The notes below the pieces were generated by a model that saw only the letters and a list, made by a program, of their open reading frames with translations, was not told where the DNA came from and searched no databases. From Eledone cirrhosa (Eukaryota), in NCBI GenBank assembly GCA_964016885.1, contig OZ024743.1:9114001-9178000 (forward strand): 64,000 bases of DNA, given 5' to 3'. Position numbers and translations under genes: made by a program. Positions 58,299 through 64,000 of the stretch are shown piece after piece (the first letter of the stretch is position 1; the number at the start of each line of letters is the position of its first letter).

Positions 58299-58725
58299 AA
58301 GGGAACAGAGAATAAGTGCTGTATCATATACATATTGCATATTACATATGTTTCACATAGCGGAAACTCCTCAGATATGTGTTAATATGTAGACGCGAGT
58401 CTACATATCATCGTAATGTTGATCCTATGTTCAAGTGGCATATTGTGTCCAGTTTACTCTGCTGAAAATGAATACTAGCATCAGCTGGTGATAGCAATAT
58501 TAATCAATATTCCAAAGAGGAATTCACAATGTCCGCCACAAGTATGAAAATACACTCTTAACAGGTGCAATGTGTTATGTTAACACATATCTGAATAGCT
58601 TCCGATTCCAGAGTCAGGTTCGATCAGTAATCGATCGTCCCTCGAACTTATCGATAGTGAAACATATGTAATATGTAATATGTAATTATACATGTATATG
58701 ATGCAACATTGATTCTTTGTTCCTT
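58299..58725. mobile_element. Foldback/MITE-like element with long imperfect TIRs in (TA)n
   Basis: ggaacagagaataagtgctgtatcatatacat...catattacatatgtttcac mirrored at ~58657-58725; inner pair tcagatatgtgttaa (58371) / ttaacacatatctga (58580). Confidence 0.72.
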
Positions 58726-58825
58726 ATATATATATATTAATACTATTGTTACTCTGCTCCTCAAGAGCATCTAGTGCTCATTCGGCTTACCGCCTACGGA
58801 CGCAATTAATTTGCACTATTAATAC

Positions 58826-58899
<74 letters not shown>

Positions 58900-58953
58900 C
58901 GGCGATGAATTAGTTTTGCGAGGTTTTTTATATGAAATCGTGTGTCGAAACAA

Positions 58954-59060
58954 ATATTGTTATACTTGGGGAGGGTCATATTTGTGTAATATTGCTAGAA
59001 TTAATAACAGAACACACTCACTGTTTGGTTGGTTTTCGCTATTCGCTTCTGTGTCTTTTA
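58954..59060 (+). repeat. Dispersed repeat, second copy at 44872-44970
   Basis: tattgttatacttggggagggtcata...cagaacacactcactgtttggttggttttcg is shared. Confidence 0.85.
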
Positions 59061-59639
59061 TATCGGTAATCTAATTTATTCGATCCTCAATGTTGCCATT
59101 GACTGACCGACGGTAAAAAATAATACAGATACAATATAGACACAAACACATATATATAGTTTATCAAAGTTCTTTCGTTGCACATCTGCAACATCGTCAG
59201 TGGTGCTATTGTTTCCTCCCGTTACGTTGTATGTCTGCGCCATTTTTATTTAGTCTGTCTATATATTTATTTATTTATTTGTTTGTTTGTTTATTTTATT
59301 TTGTCTTCTTTGCGCATGCGTTTGCGTGTGTGTGTATAGTGTTTTGTTTGATGTGTGTTCGTGATTGGGTGACTGTGTATCGGTTAATGTATTCTATCTT
59401 TACTAGTGTGTGTTTATATGTGTTTGTTGTTATTGTGCTTGTGTATGTATTTATTTATTTATTATCTATTTATTTATTTATTTATACTTCTCTTAGGTCA
59501 GTGTTGTTTGTTTGGGTGTTGTTGTTATTCCATTCATTCTTTCTGTTTAGTCTTGGCCTTCTAAGTTCTATTTCACTGGCCTCTCTGATTTGCCTATCTG
59601 CTGGGTCATTTCTATGTTTAGATATTATTCTAATTTCTA

Positions 59640-59695
59640 TACACATATATATGCTGTCTTCAGAAATATTTCTGAAGACAGCATATATATGTGTA
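59640..59695. repeat. Perfect 56-bp spacerless palindrome
   Basis: tacacatatatatgctgtcttcagaaat|atttctgaagacagcatatatatgtgta; both strands translate HIYMLSSEIFLKTAYICV in the ORF track. Confidence 0.95.
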
Positions 59696-59987
59696 GGTAT
59701 GTATATTCCCTCTGATAGTTTGTAAAACTTTTACATAGATCTATATGATATAAATACCAACACACACATATATATCCTAGAAACGATCGTAAAATGATGA
59801 ATTTTTTAATATAAGGAACTGTTTCTTTGTTTTTATTCATTATTTTTATTAATTTACCTTGACTCTGTTTTCCTGTGTTTTTCCTCGAAAAAATTTTGAA
59901 TACATCTTCTCTTTTCATGATATTTGGATTACATTGAGTTCTTCATACGGATTGGACACTACCGTATGTTTTGGTAGATTTATCTAC

Positions 59988-60069
<82 letters not shown>

Positions 60070-60231
60070 AAATGTTCGCTCTGACAGTTTGGCAGGTGAA
60101 CAGTGAGCTGTACTGATGAAGGGTGATACCCAGATACCAGATACATTAGTGTCTGCAATTCTGTTTACATGCCAACACAAGAGCAAGAATGAAGGGTTCA
60201 TTCTACTGACATGGCTATAAAATTGAAGCTT

Positions 60232-60520
<289 letters not shown>

Positions 60521-60926
60521 GATGCAATCTCTGTTAAACGAATGGGTGCGAGAACAAATTACAAAACGTATTCGAAGTATTAAAGGGGAATGAGTATAAA
60601 AGAATGTGTTCGTCACCAGTCCTTTAAATCTTTTGTAACACGATACCTTTTGCGCTATAGTCACCAAAAAAACGACATTACTGACGACAGGCGTCAATAC
60701 CTTTGCGAACACCTTTATTAAAATCCGAAACTTTGGATTCAGTGGAATTATAGAATTTGCCATGTCTTATGGAAATATAAGATTATATTTGTATACTACA
60801 TCATTTTTATTGGTGCGGGAATTGTTTCTGGAATTATTTTGGCATTTCCTCTGTCGTGTAAAGTATATGTAATGTGAATTGCGTTATTTTCTTGTGCAAT
60901 GATTGTGTTACGTGCTGTGTGATTGT

Positions 60927-61091
60927 ATTATGTATTTAGTAACCTTGCTGCGGTTAGCTTTACGTTAAATCCTTACGGGATCGATAGATAAAGCACCAGT
61001 AATGCACTTGGGGCGACTTAATTGACTTTCCCATCCCCTTCAAATTGCTGTCCTTGTGCCTAAAGTAGAAACAATTATGTATTTTAGTAAC
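60927..61091 (+). mobile_element. SINE 3' fragment with ~17-bp TSD
   Basis: attatgtattt(t)agtaac on both sides. Confidence 0.75.
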
Positions 61092-61109
61092 AGGCTGTGA
61101 TTCTGCAGA

Positions 61110-61560
61110 GTATGTGTTGTGTGTATATATTTTCTACCACCTTTTTCTGTAGTAGTTTTTGGATAGTTTATACCACTTCTTTTCTGTTTGTGTTTTATAA
61201 CGCTCGAATAACTTTTCGTGTATAAAAGTGTCTACTTTATCATGACTGTAGGTATAATGTTTTTTGCCAATGATTCAGCTATGAGAGTTAATGTGGTTGA
61301 TTGTTTTTTCCTACTCTTCACATGCTATAGTTATATGTTTTTATGTGTTTTAGTGGGAAAACTTTAATTTTGTGCAGCAGTCAAATAATCTTCCATCTCA
61401 ACTTTGATTCCATGTTCTTCAAAGCTAGTGTTGTGATCTTTTTCTTTGTCTTATTCAATCCACTTCTTTTTTTTCTGGAGTCCCGTTTTTTTGTCATCGG
61501 TTTTGCGTAACATATTGTAGTTCCATTTTTAGCTTAGTTTTGTGTAGCCTTTTCACAGTC
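61110..61560 (-). pseudogene. Decayed R4/Dong-like non-LTR retrotransposon (zinc knuckle/RLE-proximal region)
   Basis: Minus strand KVEMEDYLTAAQ...KTINHINS, frameshift, ESLAKKHYTYSHDKVDTFIH...KKWYK (cf. ETEGFxxAAQDQ...ETIxHIxSxCxxLAxxxYxxRHDxVxxxIH...WY). Confidence 0.65.
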
Positions 61561-61719
61561 CTTGTTATTTCTTCCTTCTGATCATTACTGTTTGTTATTT
61601 TACCCTCTGGTTTTCTATTTGACTACGTTGCGATGGTGCCCCTGTTGTGATAGTAAAACCTCGCATAAAACTATTCAAAACATGATGGGTATGATGACAG
61701 CAATAATGATAACAACACC

Positions 61720-62628
61720 AGTAATTACTATTTCTAACTAGGCACAAGGTTAGCAACTTATGGAGGAAGGGAAAATCAATTAAATCAATCCCCGTAATTG
61801 ACTGAAACTTTATTTTATTTACATTTTAATGTAGAATGGCAACATTAATTTCGATGAGATTTGAACTCAGAACGTAAATAGCCGAGACTAAATTCCGCAT
61901 AGTAGTTTGTTCGATGCTCTAAGTATTTTGCTACTCCATAAATTTAAGTGTTTGCAAAAGTCTTCTCGTTCAGGCCTAAAATGGAGTTTACTAGCAACAA
62001 CGACTAGAACATATGTTATCGTTGCACATCAGAAGTATTTGGACTCACAACGTAAAGGTTGCTAACTAAATACTCCAAGATATTCAACCGTTTCTGGCAC
62101 TCAACCGCTCTTACTGCACTAATGGTATTGTGGCAAGTCAACAGATTGAAACATGGAAGCTAACAGCCACATTTTAGGTGACCGAAGTGGCAGATTTGGA
62201 TTTCACACCACAAAGCATCCTGTCCGACTCTTTAACAATTCTTCCAACTCACTGCCCTCTAGACTAGTACTTTATTTATCGGCCCCTGGAGGGTGAAAGG
62301 CAAAGTTGGCCTCCACGGGGTTGGAAATCAGAACGCAGAGAATCTGACGAACTATAAAAACATTTAATCTGTCGTTCTAATTCTGCCAATTTGACAACAC
62401 TTGTGATCAATTAGTAGTTAGTACTGATATGTTTAACTTTATAAGTGAGGATCATTGAAATAACGTCCTGTGACATCGCTATGGAAGTGTTTTGTATTGA
62501 CCCGTAGCTCCTGATAGAGTCATAAGGCCGCCATAGTGATATACAGCACACCTTATGCATTTTAAACCTGGCGGAGCCTATCTCTCTCTCCAGGTCTGAA
62601 CACAGCCGATTTCTGTTAGAGAGAGAGA

Positions 62629-62710
<82 letters not shown>

Positions 62711-62885
62711 AAAAGAGGAAGTGAGATACAGAAGCAGTAGAAGAATCGATCCTATTACTGGACTAGTACTACTTTTTCGACCTCGGAAGGATTAAAGCCA
62801 AAGTGAACCTCGGCGGGATTTGAACTCAGAATGCAGAGAGCCGGAACAAATACCATGGCATTTAATCTGATGATCTAATGACTCT
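61720..62885 (-). mobile_element. Several old SINE copies (~61720-61920, 62265-62345, 62760-62885) around a (GA)n tract
   Basis: gatttgaactcagaa and aaggcaaagt motifs. Confidence 0.65.
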
Positions 62886-63696
62886 ATCAATATATGTGAT
62901 TTATTGGCGTGACACATGGTTAAAACCGATGTGGATAATCTTATGAGTGGTAACCTAAATAGTATTTCTAAGACACTTCGACATTCATGGCACGGAATTA
63001 TTAAAATAATGCCCCTGTAACAGTGTAGAAATGTAAAAGTGTCTTAGAAAAAATAATTAATTATCCACCAGAGGTGTTCTAAATTTACTCATAACGTTTG
63101 CTGTGAGAACTGTTAAAATGTTAACTATTCATTAGAGAATATCAGCTTTATTACAATTACCTTCGCAAACCATTTGAAGAATGGTGTTCAACTGAAACAT
63201 CATCAAATATCCGCTGTTATGCTAATATATTTTCTAAATATTCGATTATTATTATTATTACCATTATTATCATTGTTGTTGTTGTTGTTATTATTATTAT
63301 TATTGTTATTATTATGATTATTATTATGATTATTATTATGATTATTATTATTATTATTATTGAATCAAAGGTGCCAAAAAAGAGTTCATACGCATACAGA
63401 TAAAAGAAGAATCAACACTTGCATACATACATAGGCATTTACAGAAACAATAATCTCCACACCAACAGAAATGAACAGAAAATAACAGTGATAAGAACAA
63501 CAAAAAAGAATGGTAACAGTAGCAGCAGTTGCGGTAGCTAGGAAATATAATCGTTTAGGCAGAAAAGGGGAAGGAAATTCATGCTAACCGCCAAAATGAC
63601 TGTAACTGAATCTTTCGTTCAGACACCATTTCCAGTTAGTCTTGGAATAATGCCAATAACCGCAATGTTTAAGCATACTGACTACAGCAATATACT

Positions 63697-63769
<73 letters not shown>

Positions 63770-64000
63770 GCCAACATTAATTTTATTTTATCAAACTGCC
63801 ATATATAAAATGTGGGAATACTACAATAAACACGAGAAGAAAAGATGTAAAAGAAAATTTACTTGAAGGGAGTTGCTGAATTGTTCCTCAGGGTGTTTCA
63901 CTAGACGTAGTAATAGCCCAAGTGGATGAGAGCAAGAAAGAAAGTAAACGTAAAAAATAGAAAGAAAGCAAAAAAAAAAAAAACTAAAAAAACTGCAAGC

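Overview
AT-rich, microsatellite-saturated animal genomic DNA. The repeat signature (tRNA-derived SINE ending ...GCCTTGTGCCWAAAGTAGAAACAATT, long TA/CA/GATA/TAC tracts) suggests an octopus or other cephalopod; this is an inference. Only one convincing protein-coding gene is present, a single-ORF, divergent tektin (TEKT3/5-like, 14381-15823 +) whose tektin signature loop reads RPSFEACRG. The rest is repetitive: about 20 copies or fragments of one SINE family plus older SINEs, decayed non-LTR retrotransposons of several types (RTE-like, Tx1/L1-like, CRE-like, R4/Dong-like), hAT, Tc1/mariner and foldback MITEs, and a 6.8 kb array of a 25-bp satellite (36736-43534) with an internal ~2006-bp higher-order duplication, followed by ~7 kb of very long simple repeats. 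Most notable: a minimal type I hammerhead ribozyme motif (9492-9527), a Tx1-like LINE family consistently linked to (GATA)n/(TATC)n, and six short perfect or near-perfect palindromes suggesting template switching. Almost all ORFs in the supplied track are microsatellite translations. No novel multi-gene system is supportable from the sequence alone. All family assignments are from motif recall, not database searches.
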